The notes: generated by a model not told the origin, from the sequence alone. A stretch of 29,717 nt of DNA from a virus (IMGVR_UViG_3300023283_000043:1-29717), one strand, 5' to 3'. Shown: positions 17,705-25,604, numbered from the stretch's first letter. Program-made: numbers and translations.

Positions 17705-19009
17705 CTAGAACGGGTCGTAGTCGCGGCGGGCGAACTGAGGCTGGCGCAGCTTGGCAGCGCCGGGACCACCACGCAGCGCGACCGGGTGTGCGAACGTGAG
17801 CGCTAAGGCGTCGGCGATGTCTGGTGATCGCAAGCCACGATCGCGCATCTGATCCTTGGTTTCAAGCGCGAAACGTCCCCGCTTGTTGGCGTAGCTGAAC
17901 GTCGGGGCGCACAGGTCCGCCTTTAGCTCGGGCAGGTCAGGCAGACAACCGCCTGACTTGATCCACTCGGCCAACGACGACCACATCTCCGCCCGCTTGT
18001 TCTCGAAGTGGTCATCGTTGGCCCGGCCGCCGAAGTCCACAGGGATCGGTGAGTAGCCAAGCTGGTTGAGTCGGTCAATCACGCCCTCGCCGCGGCCGGC
18101 GTCCACGAATATCGCGTCCGCCTGCCACTGATCGGACTTGTGGGCCACACGAGACGCAAGCTCCATGTTATCGATGTTGTTGAGCACGATCGGCGGCATA
18201 GCCACCAGCCCCTGCCGTGGAAAAATCACCGAGCGATCATCGCCGTACCTCGCCACGTCCACGCCCAGGATGCGGGCCGATCCGGTGTAAGCACTATTCT
18301 CAAGATGCTTGCCCGTCGCCTCGATCACCTGATCAATGGTGATGAGTTGGTTGTCTGACGATGCGGAGAAGTCGCACAAGAACTCCTGCCGGTACTGGTT
18401 GTCGCTCATCGAACGCCGGGCGAGTGCCAGCTCATCGTCAGGCAGGACACCTGTATCCGCCACCGTCCAGCACCCGGCGTACCACGCCTCGTCTTGCATG
18501 GCCGAGTAGTACAACTCGCTGAACAGGTTGATCCCCTTGGGTGTGCCGATAAACAGCGCCCAGCCACGGCGGTCGGCCAGCGCCGGGCGAACGACCTCGC
18601 CCCAAACCTCGGGCCTCATGTCCGCGACCTCATCGAGGACGACACCATCGAAGTACATGCCGCGCATCGCGTCGGCGTTGTCCGCGCCGAATAGGCGGAT
18701 GCGTGCGCCGTTGGGCAACTCAACCCATAGCTCAGACTCGTTGACCTTGACGCCCGGAATCTTGCGCGCGTAGTGGAGGATGTACGACCACGCGATGGCT
18801 TTGGACTGCTTGAGGTAGGGCGCGATGTAGCCGTAAACCGCGCGATATTTGCCGGTACGCAGAGCCGCGTCGATCAGGGTCATGATCGATAGGACGGTTT
18901 TGCCGCCGCGCCGGTGTACGACCAAGACGCTGAACCGACGAAGCGACCGGTGGCAGTCTTGTTGCCACCGACGCGGCCGGTAGCCCAGATCAACCACACC
19001 ATCAGGCAT
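17705..19009 (-). CDS. terL: Terminase large subunit
   Basis: Walker A HRRGGKT, Walker B VVLDE, IGTPKG coupling motif, nuclease motifs LGVDVARYGDDRS and SPDIADALALTFA. Confidence 0.95.
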   Translation of the reverse strand: MPDGVVDLGYRPRRWQQDCHRSLRRFSVLVVHRRGGKTVLSIMTLIDAALRTGKYRAVYGYIAPYLKQSKAIAWSYILHYARKIPGVKVNESELWVELPNGARIRLFGADNADAMRGMYFDGVVLDEVADMRPEVWGEVVRPALADRRGWALFIGTPKGINLFSELYYSAMQDEAWYAGCWTVADTGVLPDDELALARRSMSDNQYRQEFLCDFSASSDNQLITIDQVIEATGKHLENSAYTGSARILGVDVARYGDDRSVIFPRQGLVAMPPIVLNNIDNMELASRVAHKSDQWQADAIFVDAGRGEGVIDRLNQLGYSPIPVDFGGRANDDHFENKRAEMWSSLAEWIKSGGCLPDLPELKADLCAPTFSYANKRGRFALETKDQMRDRGLRSPDIADALALTFAHPVALRGGPGAAKLRQPQFARRDYDPF

Positions 19010-19304
19010 CGTCGCCGCCAGACTCGCCGGGGATGCTCGCCGCCGCGTCGTCTTGGCACTCAGGGCTGGCCGGGACAGCGGTTAGGACGGCGATGCGCAT
19101 CTGGCCGCTGTGTTCCATGTCAACACCCTGCTTGGGCTTGCCATAGGCGCGGTCCAGCAACTCACGAGCCGCCGCCAGAGCCACGCGGTCATCATCGCTG
19201 TCAAGCAGCGCGACGATTCGCTCATACGCCTGCGGCGCATGCTTGCGGGCCAAGGCGCGAATCTCCTTGGTCTCTTTGCTTACTGATCCGAAGGGGCGTG
19301 CCAT
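19002..19304 (-). CDS. terS: Terminase small subunit
   Basis: RPFGS...EIRALAR...AAARELLDRAYGKPKQ...EHSG; overlaps the terL start by 8 nt. Confidence 0.8.
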   Translation of the reverse strand: MARPFGSVSKETKEIRALARKHAPQAYERIVALLDSDDDRVALAAARELLDRAYGKPKQGVDMEHSGQMRIAVLTAVPASPECQDDAAASIPGESGGDDA

Positions 19305-19400
19305 AGCTTAATGATATCGATTGCTCAATTTCAATTCACAGGTTGTTAACCGCCTCGACGCCAACGGTCGCGATGCTGCCTGGCCGCTGGACATAGAACC

Positions 19401-19430
19401 AGCGTAGCCAGGCGGTGTGATTTTCTCAAC
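19401..19430 (-). promoter_or_regulatory. Promoter for the terminase operon with an overlapping operator
   Basis: Minus strand TTGAGA, 17 bp, TACGCT; operator GTTGAGAAAATCACACC (19430-19414); the -10 context GGCTACGCTGG is identical to that at 17664-17674. Confidence 0.65.
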
Positions 19431-19460
19431 ATGATCGGCTTAATCCTAGCTGCGAACAGT

Positions 19461-19720
19461 ATTAACCTGATGAGGTTGGCGCTTAAAACGCTGCGTGAGA
19501 TGAACTTATGTCAATCTTAACCTCTTAACCTGATTACCCCCCCCCCTCCAATACTTTCTGGATCTCCCCAATCTCAAACACTATATATAGACATTCACCC
19601 CACTGAGTTCTTACCTTATATAAACATAGAGGTTAATCAGGTTATATAGGTTATATACAGCAGGTGCAACAACTTACGAGATTTTTGGAGCGGTTACAAT
19701 GGGGTTGCAATGGGGTTGTG
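19461..19720. repeat. AT-rich region with inverted TAACC/GGTTA repeats; putative replication origin or packaging site
   Basis: TTAACCT at 19462, 19517, 19525; AGGTTA at 19630, 19639, 19648; TAACCTGATTA (19526-19536) is the exact reverse complement of TAATCAGGTTA (19634-19644); C10 tract; CAATGGGGTTG twice. Confidence 0.6.
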
Positions 19721-19749
19721 GACACCACCACTTGAATTCTGTATAGCAT
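19715..19749 (+). promoter_or_regulatory. Operator-like site and possible leaderless promoter
   Basis: GTTGTGGACACCACCAC (19715-19731) overlaps TGGACA, 17 bp, TATAGC; ATG 7 nt downstream at 19755. Confidence 0.4.
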
Positions 19750-19754
19750 TCACC

Positions 19755-20288
19755 ATGAACACACCATCCCCCTCAGCGTACTACCACGAACACATATCAA
19801 CCCTTGGGCCAATGGAGTCTGTCACCTTTGACCCGGGCTTGACGCACGCAACAGAGAAGAGCCGGGACAGGCAGCGATTCTTTCATGGGGTGCTGCAAGC
19901 TTGCCGGAGGCACGGAAGAAAGGTTCACATCAAATGGAAGACCGAGGCACAGCCAGAGCCTCATTTGGCCATGCTGGTATTGGTTATCTCGATCGACAGC
20001 ACAGAATTGGACCGCAAGAAGATTGAGATCGAACGCCGCCGGGAGTCCGCGCGGAACCGCGTCAGCGCCGCCGAGATCGGCGACCTGCAAAGCCGGAGCC
20101 GCTGGCACAACTGGGGCGGCATGGCAGAGGACGACTCAGCCACCCTGACCGTTGAGGACGACCGCCAGCTTGCCGCGGCGACAGCCAGCTACATGGCGTT
20201 CGGGCGACGCTACGGCGTGCGGTTCTCACGTCGGACCCGACGGCGTGAAGATGGGCGGATCGAGATGACGGTCACGCGGGTGGCGTGA
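19755..20288 (+). CDS. Hypothetical basic protein, apparently two copies of a small alpha/beta DNA-binding-like domain
   Basis: Internal similarity between LGPMESVTF...ACRRHGRKV and MAEDDSATL...FGRRYGVRF; start could also be 19710. Confidence 0.65.
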   Translation: MNTPSPSAYYHEHISTLGPMESVTFDPGLTHATEKSRDRQRFFHGVLQACRRHGRKVHIKWKTEAQPEPHLAMLVLVISIDSTELDRKKIEIERRRESARNRVSAAEIGDLQSRSRWHNWGGMAEDDSATLTVEDDRQLAAATASYMAFGRRYGVRFSRRTRRREDGRIEMTVTRVA

Positions 20289-20465
20289 CCGCAACACAGA
20301 CCTGAACTCGGCACTGAGCGCGCGTTACGCCACGGAGGACCCGCCGCCAGCGACTGGCCGCTCACCGTCAAGCGCGCCGCCGCCGTTCTGGCTGCGCTCA
20401 GCCTGCTTGGCCACGACGATGCAATGACCGTGCTGATGACCGCAGCGCGATGAGCCACAATAAAG

Positions 20466-20518
20466 CAAAAAAAATAATGGATCGGGTGTTGACATAATCA
20501 CAACGCACGATATATTAT
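20466..20518 (+). promoter_or_regulatory. Strong sigma70 early promoter with A-tract UP element and an operator over the -35
   Basis: A-tract, TTGACA (20489-20494), then TATATT (16-bp spacer) or TATTAT (18-bp spacer); operator GTTGACATAATCACAAC at 20488-20504. Confidence 0.85.
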
Positions 20519-20549
20519 AACAACACACGACAATAAAGGAGCCAACCCC

Positions 20550-20831
20550 ATGCACGCCCAGATCGCCCAAGCCCTCGCCCTGCACGCCGAGTTCAAAGCC
20601 AAGGCGCCCGACACGATCCTGATGTTCCGCGTGGGCGACTTCTACGAGATGTTCCACGATGACGCCCGGACAGCGCACAAGGTGCTTGGCGTGACCATGA
20701 CGACTCGCGAAGGCGTCGCCACGGCAGGCGTCCCATATCACAGCGTCGAGGGCTACTTACGCCGCCTCATCGTGGCCGGGCACCGCGTCGCGATCTGCGA
20801 ACAGTCCGCGGCCGCTGATACCGCCGCCTGA
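20550..20831 (+). CDS. Stand-alone MutS domain I (mismatch-binding) protein, 93 aa
   Basis: K...[19 protein letters not shown].....LG..MT.R......GVPYHS...YL.RL...GHRVAICEQ with the Phe-X-Glu motif; AAAGGAG RBS. Confidence 0.9.
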   Translation: MHAQIAQALALHAEFKAKAPDTILMFRVGDFYEMFHDDARTAHKVLGVTMTTREGVATAGVPYHSVEGYLRRLIVAGHRVAICEQSAAADTAA

Positions 20832-20865
20832 TCCATGATCACCACCCCACCCGGACCCACCCCCC

Positions 20866-21174
20866 ATGACACCCGCCAACGCCGCCGCCCAATTCGACCA
20901 CCCCACCGCCGCGAACACCGCGGCCCTGTCGCCCAAGCTGGCCCGCGACATCGCGGACGCCGACGCCGGAACGCTGCTGGCCCTGCTGCGCGGCCTGACT
21001 GAACACGCCAGCCACCACGCCCCCAAGTCCGACCACCTGCAGCCGTGCGGCGGGACGGGCTTGCGATCGCGTCAGGTCTGCATCGAGCGGTACGGCCCCA
21101 CGCTTGGCGCAGGCGTGTACCAGGTCGAGCGAGGCCTTCTCCTGAGCGGGCGCGGGAAGCGGGGTGCGGCGTGA
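20866..21174 (+). CDS. Hypothetical protein, 102 aa
   Basis: High-GC3 codon pattern; stop overlaps the next GTG start. Confidence 0.6.
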   Translation: MTPANAAAQFDHPTAANTAALSPKLARDIADADAGTLLALLRGLTEHASHHAPKSDHLQPCGGTGLRSRQVCIERYGPTLGAGVYQVERGLLLSGRGKRGAA

Positions 21175-21449
21175 CCATCATCAACACCGCATGGGAAGCG
21201 TTCGCGTGGGGCGCGTCCGATCAGGTTCGGCGCTACCGCCGCAACATGCCCGACTCGATGCCGCCTCGCCTGCTGGTCCCTCGCGGTGTGTTCCGGTCGC
21301 TGGGCATCGACCCGGCCGACAGCCACTTCCTGATCGTTGACGGGCATCCCGTCCCGCTGTCGTGCGTCGGCGGCTGGCTCGTCAGCGTCGCACCGGCCAC
21401 AGGATTCGAGGAACCCGCCGAGCAACCCACCACGGAGCTATTGCCATGA
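21171..21449 (+). CDS. Hypothetical protein, 92 aa
   Basis: GTGA overlap with the upstream gene and ATGA overlap with the downstream gene. Confidence 0.6.
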   Translation: MTIINTAWEAFAWGASDQVRRYRRNMPDSMPPRLLVPRGVFRSLGIDPADSHFLIVDGHPVPLSCVGGWLVSVAPATGFEEPAEQPTTELLP

Positions 21450-22408
21450 CCGCCACCACCGATCTACCGCGCGACATCATCACCCCCAGCGACAAGCAGC
21501 ACTGGCTGCACCTGCGGACCAACGACATCACCAGCACCGAGGTTGCCGCGCTGTTCGGGATCAGCCCGTACACGACCGAGTACGAGCTTTGGCACCGCAA
21601 GCGCAACCGAGACCGCGGCGAGATCGAAGCTAACGAACGCATGGTCTGGGGTAACCGACTGGAGACGGCCATCGCCGACGGCGTCGCCGAAGACCTGGGC
21701 ATCGATGTCGAGCCGATGAAGCAGTACATCAGCATCCCCAAGCTGCGCATCGGCTCATCGTTCGACTTCCAGATCATCGACCACCCGGACGGCTTCGGCA
21801 TCCTCGAAGTGAAGAACGTCGATGGGCTGGTGTTCCGCGATCAGTGGCTCGACGACGACGGCAACCCCGAGGCCCCGCCGCACATCGAGTTGCAGTTCCA
21901 GCATGAGTTACTGGTGTCCGGCTCACGCTGGGGCTACATCGCGGCGCTGGTCGGCGGCAACCGGGTGGTGACGATCAAGCGTGAGGCAGACGACGCAATC
22001 CACCGGGCGATCGTCGCCAAGTGTGATGCGTTCTGGAAGTCGATCGAGTCCGGGACCGAGCCGACGCCGGACTATGGCCGCGACGTGGACACGATCGCCA
22101 GGCTGTACGGCCACGCCGAGCCGGGCAAGCTGTATGACGGCAAGGGGGATGAGCGGATCGCCGGCCTGTGCCGCGAATACTACGACGCCGGGCAGGCCGA
22201 GAAGTCGGCGAAGGCGCGGAAGGACGCGGCCAAGGCGGAACTGCTCACGATAATCGGCGACGCCGAGAAGTGCCTGACCGACCTTGGCAGCATCAGCGCC
22301 GGCGTCGTGGGCGAGGCGGAGATTTCGTACACCCGCAAGCCGTATCGGGCGTTCCGGTTCACGATGAGCAAGAAGGCGAAGGAAGCGATGGCCGAGGAAG
22401 CGGCCTGA
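21446..22408 (+). CDS. YqaJ/lambda-exonuclease family recombination nuclease, 320 aa
   Basis: WL..R...ITSTEVAALFG.SPY.T.YELW..K, WGNRLE, SFD...ILEVKN, Q.QH motifs; GGAG RBS before ATG 21446. Confidence 0.9.
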   Translation: MTATTDLPRDIITPSDKQHWLHLRTNDITSTEVAALFGISPYTTEYELWHRKRNRDRGEIEANERMVWGNRLETAIADGVAEDLGIDVEPMKQYISIPKLRIGSSFDFQIIDHPDGFGILEVKNVDGLVFRDQWLDDDGNPEAPPHIELQFQHELLVSGSRWGYIAALVGGNRVVTIKREADDAIHRAIVAKCDAFWKSIESGTEPTPDYGRDVDTIARLYGHAEPGKLYDGKGDERIAGLCREYYDAGQAEKSAKARKDAAKAELLTIIGDAEKCLTDLGSISAGVVGEAEISYTRKPYRAFRFTMSKKAKEAMAEEAA

Positions 22409-22438
22409 CACACACAACGCACACGAAGGAGTTACATC

Positions 22439-23581
22439 ATGGCACTGAACCAGCTACTCAAACCACGTATATGCGAATTAGGGAAAATAAAAATAGGCGG
22501 CAAGGGCGAGGCGCGGCAGTCACGCGGCGGCGGCACATGGCGCATGCCGGTGAAGTACGACCACTTCGTGGTCACCACGCTGAACCGGACCAAGGACGGC
22601 GATCTGATGGTCGATGAAGACCTGATGGCACACCTGCGTGAGTCGGGACGGGCCGACGACGACGGCCATATTCGACGGCTGCCGATCCACCTGCTTTCCA
22701 ACGAGATTGAAGACGTGTTGCAGGCGTCGTACGTCTGGTACGGGGGCAAGACGGTGGGCGCTCGCAGCGACGGCGAGACGGTGACATGGTTCCATGACTA
22801 CCGCAACGGCAAGAAGCTGGCCGAGCCGTGCACCGAGGCGTGGGATGAAAAGATGCTGTCCTACACCGACAGCAAGAACCGCCCGCTTTTCAAGATGCAC
22901 GCGACGTTCAACTGCGTCATCGCCAGCAACCAGAGCCGGTGGGGCGGCGTGTACAAGCTGCGCACGACCAGCCGCATCACGGCGGATCAGTTGTACGGGT
23001 CGCTGCTGCACCTGCAACAGTTGACTGGCGGCGTGCTGGCCGGGATGCCGCTTCAGCTTGTCGTGCGGCCGATGCAGGTTTCGCCGCAGGGCAAGCCGAC
23101 GACGGTTTATGTCGTGCACGTTGAGTTGCGCGGGACTGACCTGATGGCGATCCAGGACGAAGCGCTGCGGATCGCGCAGCACCAGGCCCAACACGCCAAG
23201 CAGATTCAGCAGTCGCGGCAGGAGTATCGCCGCCTGCTGACCGGGCCGGGTGAAGAAACCGACCCCGAGGAAATCGGCGACATCGAAGACGAGTTCTGCC
23301 CGGTGTATGGGCCGGAGGATGACGCGCCGAGCGAGAACGGTGGCGGGCGTCAGAACGCCAAGCCGGTGAAACCGGGGCCAAACCGTCTTCGGGAGATGAT
23401 CGACGTGCAGGGCGACGGCCCGGCAGGCGACGATGACGACAAGCCGGATTACAAGCCGGACTACCCGTCTGACCGCGACCCGTTACAACAACCGCAGGAT
23501 GAGCCTGCCACGGTCCCGGCCGACGACGACACCCCTAACGAGACTCCCGGCGAGGCTCCTAACGATGAGGATGTTATCTAA
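22439..23581 (+). CDS. Gp3-like (recombination directionality factor-like) protein with an acidic tail; probable single-strand annealing partner of YqaJ
   Basis: ELGKIKIG.KG...P.K.DHF..T N-terminal motif, GVYKLRTTS, P..L..RP; AAGGAG RBS; family recalled, not searched. Confidence 0.65.
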   Translation: MALNQLLKPRICELGKIKIGGKGEARQSRGGGTWRMPVKYDHFVVTTLNRTKDGDLMVDEDLMAHLRESGRADDDGHIRRLPIHLLSNEIEDVLQASYVWYGGKTVGARSDGETVTWFHDYRNGKKLAEPCTEAWDEKMLSYTDSKNRPLFKMHATFNCVIASNQSRWGGVYKLRTTSRITADQLYGSLLHLQQLTGGVLAGMPLQLVVRPMQVSPQGKPTTVYVVHVELRGTDLMAIQDEALRIAQHQAQHAKQIQQSRQEYRRLLTGPGEETDPEEIGDIEDEFCPVYGPEDDAPSENGGGRQNAKPVKPGPNRLREMIDVQGDGPAGDDDDKPDYKPDYPSDRDPLQQPQDEPATVPADDDTPNETPGEAPNDEDVI

Positions 23582-23811
23582 TGAGCGAGGCAATCGAATC
23601 AGGGTTTGGACCAGTGATGACAACCGAACAACTGGCGAGGCGATGGGAGGTTTCGCCCGGAACACTGGTCAACTGGCGATCCCAGGGCAAGGGCCCTTGT
23701 TACATCCGTCTCGGCACGGGCGGCAAGGCGTCGATCCGCTACCGGCTGCGCGACATCGAGGAATACGAGCAGCAGCATACGGTGGAGCGTTCGAGGCACC
23801 ACACGACCTGA
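23581..23811 (+). CDS. Excisionase/AlpA-like HTH DNA-binding protein
   Basis: MTTEQLARRW.VS..TL.NWR..GKGP.YIRLG......IRYRL.DIEEYE. Confidence 0.85.
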   Translation: MSEAIESGFGPVMTTEQLARRWEVSPGTLVNWRSQGKGPCYIRLGTGGKASIRYRLRDIEEYEQQHTVERSRHHTT

Positions 23812-23844
23812 CGGGCGGCGCGATGCCGCGCGATCACTGATGCC

Positions 23845-23875
23845 CCGCGCCTGCTGTGATGGCGGGCGCGGGTTT
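23845..23875 (+). terminator. Possible intrinsic terminator
   Basis: CCCGCGCCTGC/GCGGGCGCGGG stem (one G-U pair) followed by TTT. Confidence 0.5.
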
Positions 23876-23907
23876 GGATCGGAAACCCCACACACGGAGA
23901 ACACACG

Positions 23908-24183
23908 ATGACGACACCCAGCGGAAACATGGTCAAGCCCGCGTCGATGGAGATAGGCGAAAAGCTGTGGGATTTTCAGGTAACAGCACACAAGATCGCC
24001 GAAAGCGGAAAGCGATTTCGCGTGACTACAACCGGCATAAGTAGTGGTATCACCGTCACCCGCGAGGGTTTCGACCCGAAACATGAGTTGATCCGCATAC
24101 TCCACGGGATGGGATCGAATGTTCAGGGAACCCATCCATCCACCGCAGAAACTGGAACCCAAGAATCCCAGGACACGCCATGA
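23908..24183 (+). CDS. Hypothetical protein, 91 aa
   Basis: GGAG RBS; ATGA overlap with the next gene. Confidence 0.6.
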   Translation: MTTPSGNMVKPASMEIGEKLWDFQVTAHKIAESGKRFRVTTTGISSGITVTREGFDPKHELIRILHGMGSNVQGTHPSTAETGTQESQDTP

Positions 24184-24506
24184 CCGAACTACAAGCACAC
24201 ATCGAAGACTTGGTAAAGAGCATCCGGATAGTGACCGTGACCACGCGACCGCGTCGCCCACAGCCCTACGACGCGTTCGGACGTTTGGAAGTCGGCGCAT
24301 CCGTGCCGATGGCGTCGCCAGTCGCAGGCCGCGTCAGTCAAGACGAGCGGGGGCGAATCGCCTCAATCATCCTGCACGACATCTACGGCCCTGTCGCCGA
24401 TGCGATCGAGGAAGGCTTACGAACAGACGACCTCGAAAAAATGCGGACAGAAATGCTGTCGGTCGCGTCGAAGCTCCGTGTTGTTCCGTTGGGGGTGGTG
24501 CAATGA
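24180..24506 (+). CDS. Hypothetical protein, 108 aa
   Basis: ATGA overlaps on both sides. Confidence 0.65.
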   Translation: MTELQAHIEDLVKSIRIVTVTTRPRRPQPYDAFGRLEVGASVPMASPVAGRVSQDERGRIASIILHDIYGPVADAIEEGLRTDDLEKMRTEMLSVASKLRVVPLGVVQ

Positions 24507-24685
24507 CCACCACCCCCATCTACCACCGCACCCTGTGCGACGAGCTTCTCGACATAGAGGAAGGCTTGACCGCATGGGAACTCGACTTCATCGAATCGAT
24601 CGACCGCCAGCTTGACGCCGGGCGTGCGCTGACCGAGGCGCAGGCGGACAAGCTGGAAGATATCTACAGGAAGCGTGTGCGATGA
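24503..24685 (+). CDS. Hypothetical protein, 60 aa
   Basis: ATG 24503 in an ATGA overlap, GGGGG RBS; LTAWELDFIESI......LTEAQ..KL..IY pattern common in small phage proteins. Confidence 0.7.
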   Translation: MTTTPIYHRTLCDELLDIEEGLTAWELDFIESIDRQLDAGRALTEAQADKLEDIYRKRVR

Positions 24686-24903
24686 CAGACCACATCGAGC
24701 GAGGCGCAACAGACCACATCGAGCGAGGCGCAAAGGTCCGATTCCATCCGATCATCGGCGGAAATCACGACGGTAATGTGTACGTCGTGCGACACGTCTG
24801 GGATAGTCACCCGGGGTTCCGCGAGCCGCTGGTGTTTCTGGAAGGAAAATCGGGTGCGGTTTCCATGGAGGCCGTGAGTTTGTACCGACCACTCACGGCC
24901 TGA
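24682..24903 (+). CDS. Hypothetical protein, 73 aa
   Basis: ATGA overlap; 3' end overlaps the repressor gene by 11 nt. Confidence 0.6.
   Translation: MTDHIERGATDHIERGAKVRFHPIIGGNHDGNVYVVRHVWDSHPGFREPLVFLEGKSGAVSMEAVSLYRPLTA
24685..24732 (+). repeat. Perfect 24-bp tandem duplication
   Basis: ACAGACCACATCGAGCGAGGCGCA twice (TDHIERGA twice, in frame). Confidence 0.95.
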
Positions 24904-25492
24904 TCCACAACACCGGCGCGGCCTTATCGATCTTCGCGTCTTCCGACTCGCCGCCAGCCATCGGAGACACACGGTAGCTGCCTCGCTTCAGGCCTTGCCG
25001 CAGGTGACCGATCCTGCCGCCAGCGACGGCCAGGCGTCCGACGCAGTGATCCGGGCTGCCCATTGGGCCGACGACGAACAGAGCGCCATCGAAGCACGCC
25101 AGCGTCGCCGATCCGCCGGCCGTCTGGCCAACCAGCGCCGCAGAGTCTGGCGGCGTGTCGTCTGGTACCTCCGCATGGTCGATCGGCTTGGCTGTGTCTA
25201 TGTTCACCGAGCCGTCACCGCGAACGACGCCGACGACGGGGATCATGATGTACGGATCGGCCGGCACGCCCAGGGCGACCATGACCTTCGTGGGCGAGAC
25301 ACGCAAGCAGCCGGCGAGCTTCGCCACTTCGTCAGGCCTGATCTTCCGCTTGCCCTGTAATGCGTTGCTGGCCGTCGCCGCATCCCAGCCCATGTCGCGG
25401 CCAAGCTGGCGCACGCTCATGTCTCGCTCTCTCAGCCGGTCGCGGAACCACTGGGTATCCACGCCACCTTTGGACTTCTTCTTCGTAGCCAT
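24893..25492 (-). CDS. CI-like repressor (XRE HTH plus degenerate S24-like C-terminal domain)
   Basis: WFRDRL.ER.MS.RQL...MG.D....S..L.GKRK HTH; IPVVG linker; divergent from a cro-like gene; AAAGGA RBS. Confidence 0.82.
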   Translation of the reverse strand: MATKKKSKGGVDTQWFRDRLRERDMSVRQLGRDMGWDAATASNALQGKRKIRPDEVAKLAGCLRVSPTKVMVALGVPADPYIMIPVVGVVRGDGSVNIDTAKPIDHAEVPDDTPPDSAALVGQTAGGSATLACFDGALFVVGPMGSPDHCVGRLAVAGGRIGHLRQGLKRGSYRVSPMAGGESEDAKIDKAAPVLWIRP

Positions 25493-25533
25493 CCCATTCC
25501 TTTCAATGGGGGTGTTGTCGAGTATTTATAAGT

Positions 25534-25550
25534 GTTGCATCTGACACAAC
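25534..25550. promoter_or_regulatory. Operator in the cI/cro intergenic region
   Basis: GTTGCATCTGACACAAC; overlaps a possible leftward promoter (TTGTGT-17-AATACT). Confidence 0.65.
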
Positions 25551-25575
25551 GGATGGCAAGCTTTTTTATTTACTG

Positions 25576-25604
25576 TTGACACGGTGTTGTGGATTTCTTA
25601 ACAT
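25576..25604 (+). promoter_or_regulatory. PR-like promoter (leaderless) with an overlapping operator
   Basis: TTGACA, 17 bp, TAACAT, 6 nt, ATG(25611); operator GTTGTGGATTTCTTAAC at 25586-25602; upstream T-tract. Confidence 0.85.

Noticed and set aside
20550-20831. Host mutS pseudogene marking a prophage boundary
   Set aside because: It has its own operator-bearing promoter and RBS, ends at the domain boundary, and has phage genes on both sides
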